Of a stretch of DNA of 64,000 bases, positions 39,302-50,137 are shown piece after piece. Both the position numbers and the translations under genes were made by a program. The notes under the pieces are model-generated. The model was not told the origin of the DNA. It ran no database searches and saw nothing but the letters and a program-made list of their open reading frames with translations. This DNA is from a virus (taxonomy: Duplodnaviria > Caudoviricetes), in IMG/VR virus record IMGVR_UViG_3300033571_014797, positions 2,145-66,144 of that record. The stretch is one strand, 5' to 3'. How positions within the stretch are numbered: the first letter of the stretch is position 1; each line of letters opens with the position of its first letter.

Positions 39302-39309
39302 AATATTAC

Positions 39310-39762
39310 TTATTTGACTTTGAATTTACGAATTTTTTTAGGATTGTGGAACATTTCTGCTTCAGTAATAATTCTAAAATTAATACCGTTAGCTGCACAC
39401 CAGGCCTTTGCTGCTGCCCATTTGTGAGCATTTAAAATTGCCATTGCTTGACTACGCTGACTCTTTCCTACTGTTTCTAATACTTCGCCACTGGGTTTGA
39501 TTTCAACTAACTCGGCTTTTTGTTTTCCATTTTTATCTTGATAAACTACAAAAAAGTCTGGAACATATATTGTGTTTTTATTTGTAAATGGATTATGATA
39601 AGGAATATGAATACTTTCGCTTGCCCAATTAATAACATTAGGATGATTATCGCAAAATGTCATAAACGCCCATTCCCAACTGCTACGATAAGTTGGATCT
39701 CTTTTACCAGCATACTTTTTAGGATTTTTTAGGGAAAACTTACCTTGAGAATATTTGCTCAT
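39310..39762 (-). CDS. Head completion nuclease (T4 gp4-like)
   Basis: NP.KY.G...YRSSWE...WASE...YVPDF...EIKP. Confidence 0.85.
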   Translation of the reverse strand: MSKYSQGKFSLKNPKKYAGKRDPTYRSSWEWAFMTFCDNHPNVINWASESIHIPYHNPFTNKNTIYVPDFFVVYQDKNGKQKAELVEIKPSGEVLETVGKSQRSQAMAILNAHKWAAAKAWCAANGINFRIITEAEMFHNPKKIRKFKVK

Positions 39763-40115
39763 GGCAATAAATTCCTTTGCACCCAAAAATTAGTTGTAAC
39801 ATTGTTATTAAAACCAATCTTGCTTGTTGCTGGTCTTAAACTATTAAAAAAAGCAATTAATAAAGTTTTTAATTCACTTGTATTCGCTGCTTTAGTAAAT
39901 TCATTTAAGATTTTTAAAGGGTCTAACTTATTTTCATAAGTTAATGATATAACACTTTCTGTTAATTGCTTTGCTGCACTAGTGCTATCTGTTTTAGATC
40001 TAAAAAATGCCAGAAGTTGTTCATAAACTTCTGGATCAATGTTTACAGAAGGAGTAACGGTACTGTTAAACAGCAATTGCGAATTTGTTAATGATCCTGG
40101 TAAATTTGTAGCCAT
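39759..40115 (-). CDS. Hypothetical virion protein
   Basis: ORF in tail cluster. Confidence 0.55.
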   Translation of the reverse strand: MATNLPGSLTNSQLLFNSTVTPSVNIDPEVYEQLLAFFRSKTDSTSAAKQLTESVISLTYENKLDPLKILNEFTKAANTSELKTLLIAFFNSLRPATSKIGFNNNVTTNFWVQRNLLP

Positions 40116-40130
40116 ACTGTATTTACAACT

Positions 40131-41675
40131 TTAATTACCATTGATAGAAGAGTAATTTGCCAAGTAATCTTCTGCTACTGCATTAATATCTGTACCGGGT
40201 GCTAATTTAATACTAGAAATAAACTGTTGTACTGATCTAATAGAATCTTTATCATAACCTTTTTCAGACAATGATTGTTCTAAATTTTGACCATTATACA
40301 CTGCTTGAGTTAAGTTATTATTTGCATCAGTTAAAGAAGAAATAGGCATTGGTGGGGGATGACCGTAATCACTTGCTACTACCATAGAATTTGGATTTTT
40401 AAGATATTGCTCTGCTATTTCTTGATAATTTGGGCCAGGCGGGGAATTACCATTTTCGTCAGGAGGTAATGCAGCACCAAATGCTCCAGTCCCTTGACTC
40501 ATAATATAATAATCTGCTGCGGTAATTTGACTAGGTGTATAACCTTTTTGTAATAAAGCATTTTGCCAACTTGAAGTAGGATATAATGTTTGTCTTTGTG
40601 CAGGAGTTAAAATTACATCTCCATCACTTAAACATACTGCTGGTTTAATACAATTAACTGCACCATAATCTACATTCACATCGCGTTTAGTATTAATTGT
40701 TGGAAATATATAGCCACTTCTATTTGGCAAATCATAAGTGTTTTGCAAAGCTACAGCAAGTTGATTATTACTAATTATTGCACTAGCAGTTGAAACATTT
40801 CTATTATAATCCAATGTTTGTGATAAACGATTTGGATTATTACTGTAAGTTTTTTTACTTTTTACACCATTTGCTGTAGACTTGTTAAACAATTGTCCTG
40901 TTGAAAAATTAACTTGAAGACCAGCAACTCCACTAGTTAACGGACTCATAGTAACATCATAAGTTTCTGGCGCATCTTGTCCAAACCCTTCAATTCCAAA
41001 TACTGAATCTATATTATCATCATACGTAACGCCAGTATAGCGAACAGTCATATTAGCTTCAACTGTGCCTGTATTATCTGCATAATCTAACGTGTCGTGT
41101 GTAAAATTAGTTATGAGTGGATTATGAATAGTCATTTTTTGTGCATTAGAGCCATTCATACAATAAATGCTTATGCTATCTAGATAAGGACTTGTTGAAC
41201 CAGTATCTAATCCCCATCTAGATTTCTGACGGGTATCATATTTGTCATCAACAATATAATCAATATCATTATAGCTACCATCAGCATAATAGTAATTGTA
41301 ATAACTTCTCCAAAAGTTTCTTAAACTTCCTATATTATCATCGTGAAATTTGATATTGATTGGTGTATACTGAATACTTCTTTGCACTAAAACTTTTTTA
41401 TTATATTGATTTAATTCTTGTACTTCCATTTGAAATCTTGGCATATCAATTGTTTTAACAAGATAACTTAATTCATTTGGCCCAACAGGAGCAGGAGCAT
41501 CAGTAAATTGATCTGAGCTTGCGGCAGGATTTAAATTGAATGTTACGTAAAATAGAAATTTATATTTAGGTGCTCTAGCATAATCGTTTGTACGGAAAAT
41601 CTGTGCGGCATGTTTATAATCCCGCACAGACTTATTACCTAACGAAAACCAAATCCCTTGGCCGCTTGTAGCCAT
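40131..41675 (-). CDS. Tail tube-like/baseplate tube initiator protein
   Basis: PKYKFLFYV.F..VKTIDMP..NQYN..Y.PI.I.FHDD tube-fold motifs. Confidence 0.65.
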   Translation of the reverse strand: MATSGQGIWFSLGNKSVRDYKHAAQIFRTNDYARAPKYKFLFYVTFNLNPAASSDQFTDAPAPVGPNELSYLVKTIDMPRFQMEVQELNQYNKKVLVQRSIQYTPINIKFHDDNIGSLRNFWRSYYNYYYADGSYNDIDYIVDDKYDTRQKSRWGLDTGSTSPYLDSISIYCMNGSNAQKMTIHNPLITNFTHDTLDYADNTGTVEANMTVRYTGVTYDDNIDSVFGIEGFGQDAPETYDVTMSPLTSGVAGLQVNFSTGQLFNKSTANGVKSKKTYSNNPNRLSQTLDYNRNVSTASAIISNNQLAVALQNTYDLPNRSGYIFPTINTKRDVNVDYGAVNCIKPAVCLSDGDVILTPAQRQTLYPTSSWQNALLQKGYTPSQITAADYYIMSQGTGAFGAALPPDENGNSPPGPNYQEIAEQYLKNPNSMVVASDYGHPPPMPISSLTDANNNLTQAVYNGQNLEQSLSEKGYDKDSIRSVQQFISSIKLAPGTDINAVAEDYLANYSSINGN

Positions 41676-41680
41676 ATGCT

Positions 41681-42310
41681 TTATCCAGTTATAGAAAAGT
41701 TAGTACTTACTTGACCTTGTGCTCTAACGCTAGTACCAATACCAGATCCTACTGGTGTTTGTAAAGCATTATCATAACGAATTTGCATTTGAATTGTTGC
41801 ATGTTCATTATCTTTATAATCAAAGTTATTGTAGTTTACTTCGCTAATAAAGCATCCATAAAGTTCCCAAGTTTCAAGAACATTTGGAGCAATATTTCCG
41901 TTGCCGCCGTCTAATACTTCAAACAGCACTTGGAACTTATAATCAATTCCTGATACTGCACTTGCTTGTTCAGCAAAGTCAAACTGTTTCTGAACTTGTT
42001 CACCAATAAGAGCAGATACTCTACCGTTAACATCATCTCTAAAGTTAACTGTAACTGGTTGCCATTCTGGCTTGCCTTGTAGATACATCTTACTGTTATA
42101 AACATCGATTGTAATTGGATTAAAATTTAAAGTAGGTCTAGTGAAATCCATTACTTGTTTAGAAAGTTCTGAAGTAGGATTGGTTACTCCAAAATTAATA
42201 AATGATACCCTGAATCGATACTTTAGCTTGGGCATCAACAAGCCTTGAGCATTATTGCTCTGATCAGTATTTAAAGGTACTGTCATTTTTGTTAATGATG
42301 CAACTGCCAT
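41681..42310 (-). CDS. Tail tube protein
   Basis: PKLKYRFRV, GKPEWQPVTV.FRDD, WELYGCF, IRYDNA; follows sheath. Confidence 0.85.
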   Translation of the reverse strand: MAVASLTKMTVPLNTDQSNNAQGLLMPKLKYRFRVSFINFGVTNPTSELSKQVMDFTRPTLNFNPITIDVYNSKMYLQGKPEWQPVTVNFRDDVNGRVSALIGEQVQKQFDFAEQASAVSGIDYKFQVLFEVLDGGNGNIAPNVLETWELYGCFISEVNYNNFDYKDNEHATIQMQIRYDNALQTPVGSGIGTSVRAQGQVSTNFSITG

Positions 42311-42331
42311 CTGTTGTACTCCTGTTGTAAT

Positions 42332-42339
42332 TATTTATA
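42332..42339 (-). promoter_or_regulatory. T4-type late promoter TATAAATA
   Basis: Exact motif upstream of the tail tube gene; also at 23804-23811(-), ~3978(+), 52914(+) and ~54836(+). Confidence 0.6.
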
Positions 42340-42375
42340 GTTCTTGATGACAATTTTTCCTGGGCACAAATCATG

Positions 42376-42400
42376 AAAAGAGGCTCGTAAGAGCCTCTTT
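42376..42400. terminator. Intrinsic terminator after sheath gene
   Basis: AAAAGAGGCTC gtaa GAGCCTCTTTT. Confidence 0.7.
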
Positions 42401-42408
42401 TATTTTCT

Positions 42409-45400
42409 TTAACCTAGCGGTACAGCTGGAGCTAAGTTACCTGCTGCAATTTGACCAGTACCCTTAATTCTTACTGGAATGTAGATAAATTCTACAGCTT
42501 TAACTGGCTCGATAGCAACATCGATATGTAGTTCATTGCGATCAATAGTATCATTGGTATTGTTTGATCTGTCGCAAACTACTAAGTGATCATAAACACC
42601 TCTACGTGAAGTTACATCAATTAACAACTTATCAATTAATGATTTAGCAGTATCTCTTGTTAGCTTGTCATTTGGTTCAAATACCAATGGACGAACTAAA
42701 GTTTCAATCTGTCTACGTAGATAGCAAACTAATCTAGCAACATTAATTCTATCCAATGCCGTAGCATCTGCTTGGCGTGTACGATTACCGTAATTAATGC
42801 GGCCTACACCTGGGAAGAATGAAATTGGATTAACTTGGTGTTGATATAACAAATCTCTTAGTTCTTGTGGAACCCCGGTTGGTACAAAGATGTTGTTATT
42901 TTGACGATTAATATAACCAATGCCCTTAACTGCATCCAATACACCTCTCTTGTTACCAGCAGGTGCGAACCATAGTTCGCCAATCTGATCGCTGCGAATG
43001 AATGTACGAAGCATTACACTTGACATTGGAACAGCAATAGATCCCACACCGTCTAGCGAATCCATAATTGCAGTTCCTGGGTAGAAAACTGCGGTGTATG
43101 GATCACTTGTATTGAGCGCATCCTCACCTGTTAATCCAGTACCTAAACTATCTGTTAGATAGTTTTCAATGGTTGTTGTGTCAGTTGAAAGTCCCATTGG
43201 AACTTCACCAATAATAAATCCAGTATTCTTGCGATCATCGTTAAGAACTTTTAAGTTATCAAGCAATTCAGGATAACCTGGGCATACCAATAAGTTAAAG
43301 TCCTTGCCTTCTTCACGAAGTTCTGTGCTATTTGTCACTGCTTGTGCTAGTGCGCTTACAACAACATTTCTTACTGCTTGACGTCCAAAATATGGTACAC
43401 CATTCCATTTTGCACCGCTATAAGATTGCCAAGTATCAGTTACAGCTGGAAGACTTAGTAGTGGGAAGTCATCTGCATTGAAATAATTCTTAACAAATTT
43501 TTTCACATTGTTACTGCTTCTGCGTGTATTGAACAACAAACAACCATTTGGATATAAATCTGGGTCAGGTGCATCTAGATCAACATAATCACTGGTTATT
43601 AAATCAGTAATCAATGGAATATCATCTAGATGAATATCTGAAGATCCGTCAGTGTCCCATCTAGCGTCCGCAAACAATATACCATCTTCTGTTGTTGAAT
43701 CAGTAGTATCGAGTTGTACCCAAGTATCAGTACCGGTTACACTCTGCCAACGATAAATTTTAGGATAGTTGTCATAATCACTAGTGTCGACCCACAAATC
43801 GCCGTATACTAAGGCATTACCTTGACTGTTAAGTGTAGGCTGACTAGCACTAATAATTGGTCCATTAGGATCGGTTTGAGTTAAATTAAAGCCACGTGCA
43901 TCAAGTGAAACATTAAGATAACCCTTCCATGTGTTGTTGTCATTAATCATAATGTCAACTTCTTGGCCACTGTAGAACCACAATGTACCATCTGTTGGAA
44001 TAGCTGTAGGTTCACTTGCTTGTTGAATTATAGCAGGATTATAAGGTATAACCCAGTTACTTCCAGTTAGTGTACCATCATTATGCGGATCCTCAACGTT
44101 TATTAAGTTAGTAGTAATACCCATGTCAGCTAAAGGCGTACCATTAGTGTCATCTAAGAAAATTGTTCCGCCTGTTGTATGAGTAATTACAATTTTACCG
44201 TTTACAACATCAGCAGTTACTATTGGGTTTCCGTTTTGACTAATGTTTAATGCACTAATTGCTGCTGCAACACCTTCAACTGTGTTATTTGGACTTGCAG
44301 GTACTGTTACAGTATAAGTTGGGCTAGTACTCATTGATCCAATAAGTGTTGCTCTAATTGTAAATGTTTCGGTCGCTACTAATGTTGGATTTACATTAGC
44401 TGCTGTAATAACTGTTGGGCCAGTTGTATATCTAGTATAAATTTGATATGAAACATTACCACTGGCATCAGCATCATACTTTGTATACAATGTATCTTTT
44501 GCAATACCCAGGCCGCCTTTAGTAGGATCTAATGTATATAAAGCTTCAACATTGCCTGACAATAGTAAATTAGGAATTAAATCCCATGTATTAGTAACAC
44601 TGTTTCTACGATAAGTTGTTAAATTAGCGCCATAATTATAATTGGTAGTTTTAATCCAAATACTACCAGTTGGTCTTGGCTCAGCATTGATGCTCTTCCA
44701 AGTTGGCACACTACTATGTTTGCTAAACTGTACGGCTGGTCCATAGAAAGTACCTTCTTCAATACCTAAATCGTCTAATACTGTGCCTGAAACTGCTTCA
44801 ATGCTTACTGCACCATCTGTATTAGTACCATCGCTTTTTGAAGTTCTTTTAACGAATAATGTAAATTTACCTGATAATTTAACTGCGCGAACACCAGTAA
44901 TACCTGCGCCTGCATTTAATGCATTGATCTGCGCTGCTAATGCAGTGTCTGTTGTAGTAGCACCAATAGTAATAGTGGTATTGTTAATTTTAAATGCATC
45001 ACCAGTGTTAAGTGTTGTTACGTTTGCATTAGTAGCAACTACTGGCGGCGCACATGTGTTTTCCCAATCAAGACTTCCTACAGGCACCCAATTATTCAAA
45101 TAATTTTTTTCGTACATTGGATTACTGCTGACTGTGCCTACTATAGCAAACGATCCAACTGATCCATAAAGTGAAGTTGGAACATCATTAACATCTAGAT
45201 AATCTGTATTTGTAACATAAGAAGGTTTAATTCTTGTAAATGCATTGTCAGCAAGGTTCCATCTGAAAACACCCCATGATGTTGTATTTGAATTCAACCA
45301 TAATGTGCCACCAGCTGCATCTGCATTTGGTCTAACAGTTGTTGCTTCTAACTGACTTAAATCAATATCAGCTCTCATGATATATGCACTGCTGATAATA

Positions 45401-45717
45401 TCTAAACAGTTATGAGCTGCATGTAATCCATATTCGCCAAGCTCGCTTCCATAAAGTCTTGTTCCGCTAGCTGAAGTAGGAAAGTTTGGCATGCCATAAT
45501 AGTTTACTAATTCTCTTTGACTACTAATATTGTAAATTTTACCTGCATTTGCTTTTGTTGTGCCAGGAGCAATATTTCCTGAAGCATTGGTCTTATCTTG
45601 TGCAGTTGCCATCAAGATAAAAGGCACTGTACCTACAGCAGTTGGAGCATAGTTGCTCTCATCAATTACTGTAATTTGTACGCCTGGTGAAACTAAACTG
45701 TTTGCCATGATTATCAT
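42409..45717 (-). CDS. Tail sheath protein
   Basis: LVSPGVQITVIDES, WFAPAG..RG, LDRINVARL, FEPND, IEPVKAVEFIYI. Confidence 0.93.
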   Translation of the reverse strand: MIIMANSLVSPGVQITVIDESNYAPTAVGTVPFILMATAQDKTNASGNIAPGTTKANAGKIYNISSQRELVNYYGMPNFPTSASGTRLYGSELGEYGLHAAHNCLDIISSAYIMRADIDLSQLEATTVRPNADAAGGTLWLNSNTTSWGVFRWNLADNAFTRIKPSYVTNTDYLDVNDVPTSLYGSVGSFAIVGTVSSNPMYEKNYLNNWVPVGSLDWENTCAPPVVATNANVTTLNTGDAFKINNTTITIGATTTDTALAAQINALNAGAGITGVRAVKLSGKFTLFVKRTSKSDGTNTDGAVSIEAVSGTVLDDLGIEEGTFYGPAVQFSKHSSVPTWKSINAEPRPTGSIWIKTTNYNYGANLTTYRRNSVTNTWDLIPNLLLSGNVEALYTLDPTKGGLGIAKDTLYTKYDADASGNVSYQIYTRYTTGPTVITAANVNPTLVATETFTIRATLIGSMSTSPTYTVTVPASPNNTVEGVAAAISALNISQNGNPIVTADVVNGKIVITHTTGGTIFLDDTNGTPLADMGITTNLINVEDPHNDGTLTGSNWVIPYNPAIIQQASEPTAIPTDGTLWFYSGQEVDIMINDNNTWKGYLNVSLDARGFNLTQTDPNGPIISASQPTLNSQGNALVYGDLWVDTSDYDNYPKIYRWQSVTGTDTWVQLDTTDSTTEDGILFADARWDTDGSSDIHLDDIPLITDLITSDYVDLDAPDPDLYPNGCLLFNTRRSSNNVKKFVKNYFNADDFPLLSLPAVTDTWQSYSGAKWNGVPYFGRQAVRNVVVSALAQAVTNSTELREEGKDFNLLVCPGYPELLDNLKVLNDDRKNTGFIIGEVPMGLSTDTTTIENYLTDSLGTGLTGEDALNTSDPYTAVFYPGTAIMDSLDGVGSIAVPMSSVMLRTFIRSDQIGELWFAPAGNKRGVLDAVKGIGYINRQNNNIFVPTGVPQELRDLLYQHQVNPISFFPGVGRINYGNRTRQADATALDRINVARLVCYLRRQIETLVRPLVFEPNDKLTRDTAKSLIDKLLIDVTSRRGVYDHLVVCDRSNNTNDTIDRNELHIDVAIEPVKAVEFIYIPVRIKGTGQIAAGNLAPAVPLG

Positions 45718-45779
45718 ATCCTTTAGTAGGTTAGTAATATTTAGCGGATATGGCTAAAACCAGGGCTTTAGATAGAGTT

Positions 45780-46391
45780 CTATTGGGATATTATAGCAGC
45801 AACATTAGATTTTAAATTGTCTAAAGTTCCATCATTATTAATAATATTATTTCTTTTTGCCAAACGCCAATCCCACTCGCTACGATGAACTGATGGATAA
45901 TATATTCCCATATGCCTCGACAAATCGTCATAATCGTCAAAGTATATTTTATACCAGTCTGGCATAGGGGAACGTCGTACTTCCCATATCTGCCCGTTCT
46001 GTGACAATATAAGATCCACTTCGTTACAAAACCTTACATCACTAATAACATAATTTTTGCTAGAATCATTTAACTTTTTCAAAAGGCTATGAACCCAAAT
46101 GTTTTTATGAAAATGATCACGCATTACATCAGTTCCAATATGCTGCAAGACCCATCGAGGAGTAACAGGATGTCCCATAACGTTTGACCAATAGTCATCC
46201 GTTAGTTCTCTCCACGTACGGCTTTCTTCGGTGTCGCCTTGAAGTAATTCTCTAGGCCAACCAAATATTGATGCTACAGCATCTTTAAGAGTATCTGCAA
46301 AACTAACTTTAGTGAATCCGTAATCTTCAACTAAGATACTGGCAACAGTGCTTTTGCCCGAGTTAATTAATCCAATAATTCCAACGATCAT
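45780..46391 (-). CDS. Deoxynucleoside monophosphate kinase
   Basis: GLINSGKST, SFAD.LKD, TPR.VLQ..GT, ISDVRF.NE. Confidence 0.88.
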   Translation of the reverse strand: MIVGIIGLINSGKSTVASILVEDYGFTKVSFADTLKDAVASIFGWPRELLQGDTEESRTWRELTDDYWSNVMGHPVTPRWVLQHIGTDVMRDHFHKNIWVHSLLKKLNDSSKNYVISDVRFCNEVDLILSQNGQIWEVRRSPMPDWYKIYFDDYDDLSRHMGIYYPSVHRSEWDWRLAKRNNIINNDGTLDNLKSNVAAIISQ

Positions 46392-46418
46392 AAGATTATT
46401 ATAACAAAAAAATGTCAG

Positions 46419-47171
46419 TTAGCCAATAACAAACCACGCAGGAGTTTCGCCTGCCATGTAAGTTGTTATTTCAGCATCTAACTTTGCAATCTTTTCTTTG
46501 GCTTCAGTAATTAAAGCCCCGCCATTTAATTGTGTACCGCCTTGAGGGCCTGGTAAACTAGCAAACTTACTACGAGCTTGACCTAAAGTGTACATGCAAA
46601 GTGCTAGTGTATATTCTTTGATCCATGGCTGACTATATGTGTCACTTAAAATTGTTAAGTCTGGTTTATAATTTTCAGTCCAAACTAAAATAGTTTCTTT
46701 ATCTGCACGAGGACGACGCATGATTGTTAGCTGCTTAGTGACTGTGTTGAATTGGAAGTTTAAGAAACCACCAAACATTTTAGCAGCTTCTTTCAAGAAC
46801 ATACTATAGAATGCATAAGTAGCAAGACCTCCAACACGACCGCTTTGAATCATATAGAAGTTAACAAAGCCTGCTTCAAATGGTTCGTACTGACTGCTAG
46901 TACCACTGTTAGCACCAATATTTCTCTTAAAGCAATTACGTACTGAAATAACTTCTTTTGGAAGTGTATAAACATTTGTGTCTTTTTGCAACTCTAAAAA
47001 GCTATAACTTTCTTCAACGCTGTTGCTACTACGCTGCCTAAATCGAAGTAAAGCTTGGTTTAAAGAATTTTCATAATGTACAGGATCGAGTTCAATATCA
47101 ATCATGCCATCACCTAAAGTGTAACGTACATAATCGTAAACTGAATTTTTAGCTTCTGCAAGTGTGGTCAT
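46419..47171 (-). CDS. Neck protein (gp13-like)
   Basis: LG...IDIEL, WIKEY.LA..LG..RSKF..LPGP.GG..LNG. Confidence 0.82.
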   Translation of the reverse strand: MTTLAEAKNSVYDYVRYTLGDGMIDIELDPVHYENSLNQALLRFRQRSSNSVEESYSFLELQKDTNVYTLPKEVISVRNCFKRNIGANSGTSSQYEPFEAGFVNFYMIQSGRVGGLATYAFYSMFLKEAAKMFGGFLNFQFNTVTKQLTIMRRPRADKETILVWTENYKPDLTILSDTYSQPWIKEYTLALCMYTLGQARSKFASLPGPQGGTQLNGGALITEAKEKIAKLDAEITTYMAGETPAWFVIG

Positions 47172-47217
47172 TGTTAATTATTTATTGATTTTAAATTAGT
47201 TAAAACTTGTACTAAAT

Positions 47218-48234
47218 TCAAAACATTGACTTTTTTGGCTTACATTTACCGCATTGCACATCACACTGTTGAAGTCTGCCTTTGTCATATGAATTTATAT
47301 TCCAAGATTCTTTAACTTTTTTCATCCATTTTAAACAAGTTTCTAAATCATACATATGTAAATTATTATTTTCTAAGAGCGTAGCAATTGGTTTATTGAT
47401 TTTAAAATAATCATAATTAGAAGGACTATGCCCTAACCAACAACAAGGGAATACTTCACCATTAGCACTGATATAAATTGTTTTTCTATCTAATGCTTTG
47501 CATTTTGGTTCAATTTCAGTTTCATATTTGTCTGGAAATGGTATTTTATTATTATAAAACAATTTTGTATTGTAAAATTCAAAAACTGTTTTATATTTCT
47601 TATCAACTTTACCAATGTCATGTGACCAATTACCCTGTCTATCAAATACAGGTCCATCGTTTCTGCCCTCATCTAATAATCGAAATTCTTTAAATCCTAA
47701 CTTTTCTGACAGCAATTGACACTCATCGACTTGATGTTTATTATGATCAAATAAAATCATCTTCCAAATTGCATATCCGCCTGCTTCAATGAAGTATGCA
47801 GCATTTTGTAAAATTTTATGAAAGTTAGTATCTTGTCTATATAAATGATGTGTATCTTCTAATCCGTCCAGGCAAAACATCATTTCAACGTTTAAAGATG
47901 CTAGAGTTGTCCAGAAATTTTTATCTCTAGCACTGGAATTTGAACTAATCAATATTCGAAGTTTTGGATTACTAGATCTAAAATATTCAATAATTTTTAG
48001 AGATTCGTTATTCATAACAAAATCTCCAAAATTTCCGTTAATTAAAATTAATTTTAATTGTTTAATAAAATCTATAGAGAATCTTTTGATAATTAAATTC
48101 AAAGATAAATCTGTTTCATCATACCCTAGATTTTTAGGATATCCGTGAAAATTTCTTGCACATAAAGGACAACGAGCATTGCATCTAGAACTTAATTCTA
48201 GATGCAATTCTTCAATTTTGCTTAATTCAAACAT
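47218..48234 (-). CDS. Radical SAM/SPASM protein
   Basis: CNARCPLC, GNFGD, ISANGEVFPCCW. Confidence 0.85.
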   Translation of the reverse strand: MFELSKIEELHLELSSRCNARCPLCARNFHGYPKNLGYDETDLSLNLIIKRFSIDFIKQLKLILINGNFGDFVMNNESLKIIEYFRSSNPKLRILISSNSSARDKNFWTTLASLNVEMMFCLDGLEDTHHLYRQDTNFHKILQNAAYFIEAGGYAIWKMILFDHNKHQVDECQLLSEKLGFKEFRLLDEGRNDGPVFDRQGNWSHDIGKVDKKYKTVFEFYNTKLFYNNKIPFPDKYETEIEPKCKALDRKTIYISANGEVFPCCWLGHSPSNYDYFKINKPIATLLENNNLHMYDLETCLKWMKKVKESWNINSYDKGRLQQCDVQCGKCKPKKSMF

Positions 48235-48252
48235 TAAGCATATTTAATCTAT

Positions 48253-49455
48253 TCATCTTGTAGCTTTTAGCAAGACCCAATCTGCACTAAGTCTACCATT
48301 GAGGTTAACAGGCACTGCCTTAATATCCTCAAGCCAAGTACGAAGTGCAACTTTACCAGCAGCAGCAAATTGTTTGATTTGTTCTGGTGGCTTGCGAAGT
48401 GTTTTAGCTACACTTTGCTTTGCGTCAAACCCAACGATTGCGCTGCCTTTAATGCCCAACTGCCCGGCATCACTAGCAGCTACATACTTGCCCAACTTTC
48501 GAGTTTTAATATTATAAACCCAAAGCGTATTAGAGCCTAGTATGTCTACAGGATTAATGCTAACAAGGTTAAGTTCTGTATTTTGCACACAGTACTTGAC
48601 CTTCTTAACCATCTTTTCCTTACTCTGAGGCTTCTTAACACGAGCTTTACGCACTGCTTTCTTAACAGCACCATAAGTTTCAAGAGCAGTAGTCAACTTG
48701 TCGTAAAACTCAGCAATAAGTTTATGTTTCTCTTTGGTAATGTGCTGATAGCCTTCAACAAGTTGATCTTCCATATCAGTGCGATTTTTCTTTTTTCGCA
48801 TTGCAATGGACTGCTCAATCTCTTCAATTCGAGGGGTGAACTCATCAGCTATTTGGTTAACAAATTGCTGAGGTACATTATGCTCACGCATCCAAGCTAC
48901 CATGTCAGGCACCTCTTTGCCTGCACGATAGTCATCATACCACCCTTCAATCTCGCCAATAGTTTCGTTCAACTTCTCACGCATACGATCTTGAATAGTA
49001 AACTTAACAACTGTCTTGCCTTCAGTTGCCTTTTTAGCAGCAAGACGTTCTTGACCCAATGCCATAACTTCGGCAAATCGCTTGGTTAGGAACTCTCGAG
49101 TCTCATCACGCAGCGGAGCGCCATTCATCAGCATCTTGCAGCAAGCCGCAGCAGTGATACCAGTACGCCAATCTTCAACTTCATTGAAGGCTGCAACGTC
49201 CTGTTTGGTCCACTTGAGATGCTGAGTTCCATACTGGCTAGCATATTTGATAAGGTCACCAGTAGTATAATGGTAATTGTAATAGTTGAGACCATCACGC
49301 CACGCTTTGGTCAACTTTTCTTCGTCCCAACTGTCAGAACCTACCCACTTGGGTTCAGGACCTGTGTACTTCTCATCCAGGAAGCGAGGGGTACGAGCTG
49401 CTGCCTTTTTCTTTGGCGCACCTTTGAGCAGAGACTTTTTTGCTAGTTTTGCCAT
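48253..49455 (-). CDS. Hypothetical phage protein
   Basis: 400-aa ORF with AGGAG RBS and upstream GTTGAC promoter. Confidence 0.7.
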   Translation of the reverse strand: MAKLAKKSLLKGAPKKKAAARTPRFLDEKYTGPEPKWVGSDSWDEEKLTKAWRDGLNYYNYHYTTGDLIKYASQYGTQHLKWTKQDVAAFNEVEDWRTGITAAACCKMLMNGAPLRDETREFLTKRFAEVMALGQERLAAKKATEGKTVVKFTIQDRMREKLNETIGEIEGWYDDYRAGKEVPDMVAWMREHNVPQQFVNQIADEFTPRIEEIEQSIAMRKKKNRTDMEDQLVEGYQHITKEKHKLIAEFYDKLTTALETYGAVKKAVRKARVKKPQSKEKMVKKVKYCVQNTELNLVSINPVDILGSNTLWVYNIKTRKLGKYVAASDAGQLGIKGSAIVGFDAKQSVAKTLRKPPEQIKQFAAAGKVALRTWLEDIKAVPVNLNGRLSADWVLLKATR

Positions 49456-49506
49456 AATGGTTCTCCTGTATGACTACAATAGCACTATGTAGCCATTTGT
49501 CAACTA

Positions 49507-49674
49507 TTATGAGAGTTTGCGAACACAACGGGTTGTTACCTTACGCCCATACACTCTTACAGCCTCATCTATTACAGTAATAGCAGCTTCGCAAGCCGCC
49601 TTGCTGCCATACTCCTGTTGAGAGATATTAACACCCATATAAACACTAGAAATTACGATTAGAATGTATGACAT
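49507..49674 (-). CDS. Small hypothetical protein (start MSYILIV)
   Basis: Coupled to the upstream small ORF. Confidence 0.5.
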   Translation of the reverse strand: MSYILIVISSVYMGVNISQQEYGSKAACEAAITVIDEAVRVYGRKVTTRCVRKLS

Positions 49675-49835
49675 TAGCCTTGCACTCCGCAGGCAGCGTA
49701 GAAACGTTCGTAGTCGAACTTGGGATTGGCTTCCTGACAAGCCGCTGCCACAGCAACCGCAGCATTGAGACGCACATGGGGGTCCAAGATCATGCGGATA
49801 TGTTTAGCGAGGGTTTCGAAATGCTTCTTGCTCAT
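49674..49835 (-). CDS. Small early protein (MSKKHFETLA..NPKFDYERFYAACG)
   Basis: Hand translation, 53 aa, AAGGAG RBS; not in the ORF track. Confidence 0.7.
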   Translation of the reverse strand: MSKKHFETLAKHIRMILDPHVRLNAAVAVAAACQEANPKFDYERFYAACGVQG

Positions 49836-49875
49836 TTGCTGTCTCCTTGCTCTGTAGTGTTACTATAACACCTAG

Positions 49876-50124
49876 TTAATCTGCGTCAACCGCGTCCATC
49901 TGTTCAATTGCATATTTGATCACTTTGATTGCAGCAAATGCATCGTCGTGATTAGCATAGATTTCTTCTACACAGTATTCGGCAGTGATTATGATAACCT
50001 GTTTGAGGATCAAATCATTACGCTCGTCATCAGTCTTAGCATCGTTCCATTTGCGCCAGAGAATCATATCGTTCTGGATCCTACGGAATGCCTTTTCGCG
50101 GATGACCTTAGTATCGAATTCCAT
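49876..50124 (-). CDS. Hypothetical early protein
   Basis: AGGAG RBS. Confidence 0.6.
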   Translation of the reverse strand: MEFDTKVIREKAFRRIQNDMILWRKWNDAKTDDERNDLILKQVIIITAEYCVEEIYANHDDAFAAIKVIKYAIEQMDAVDAD

Positions 50125-50137
50125 CTGCTATCTCCTA

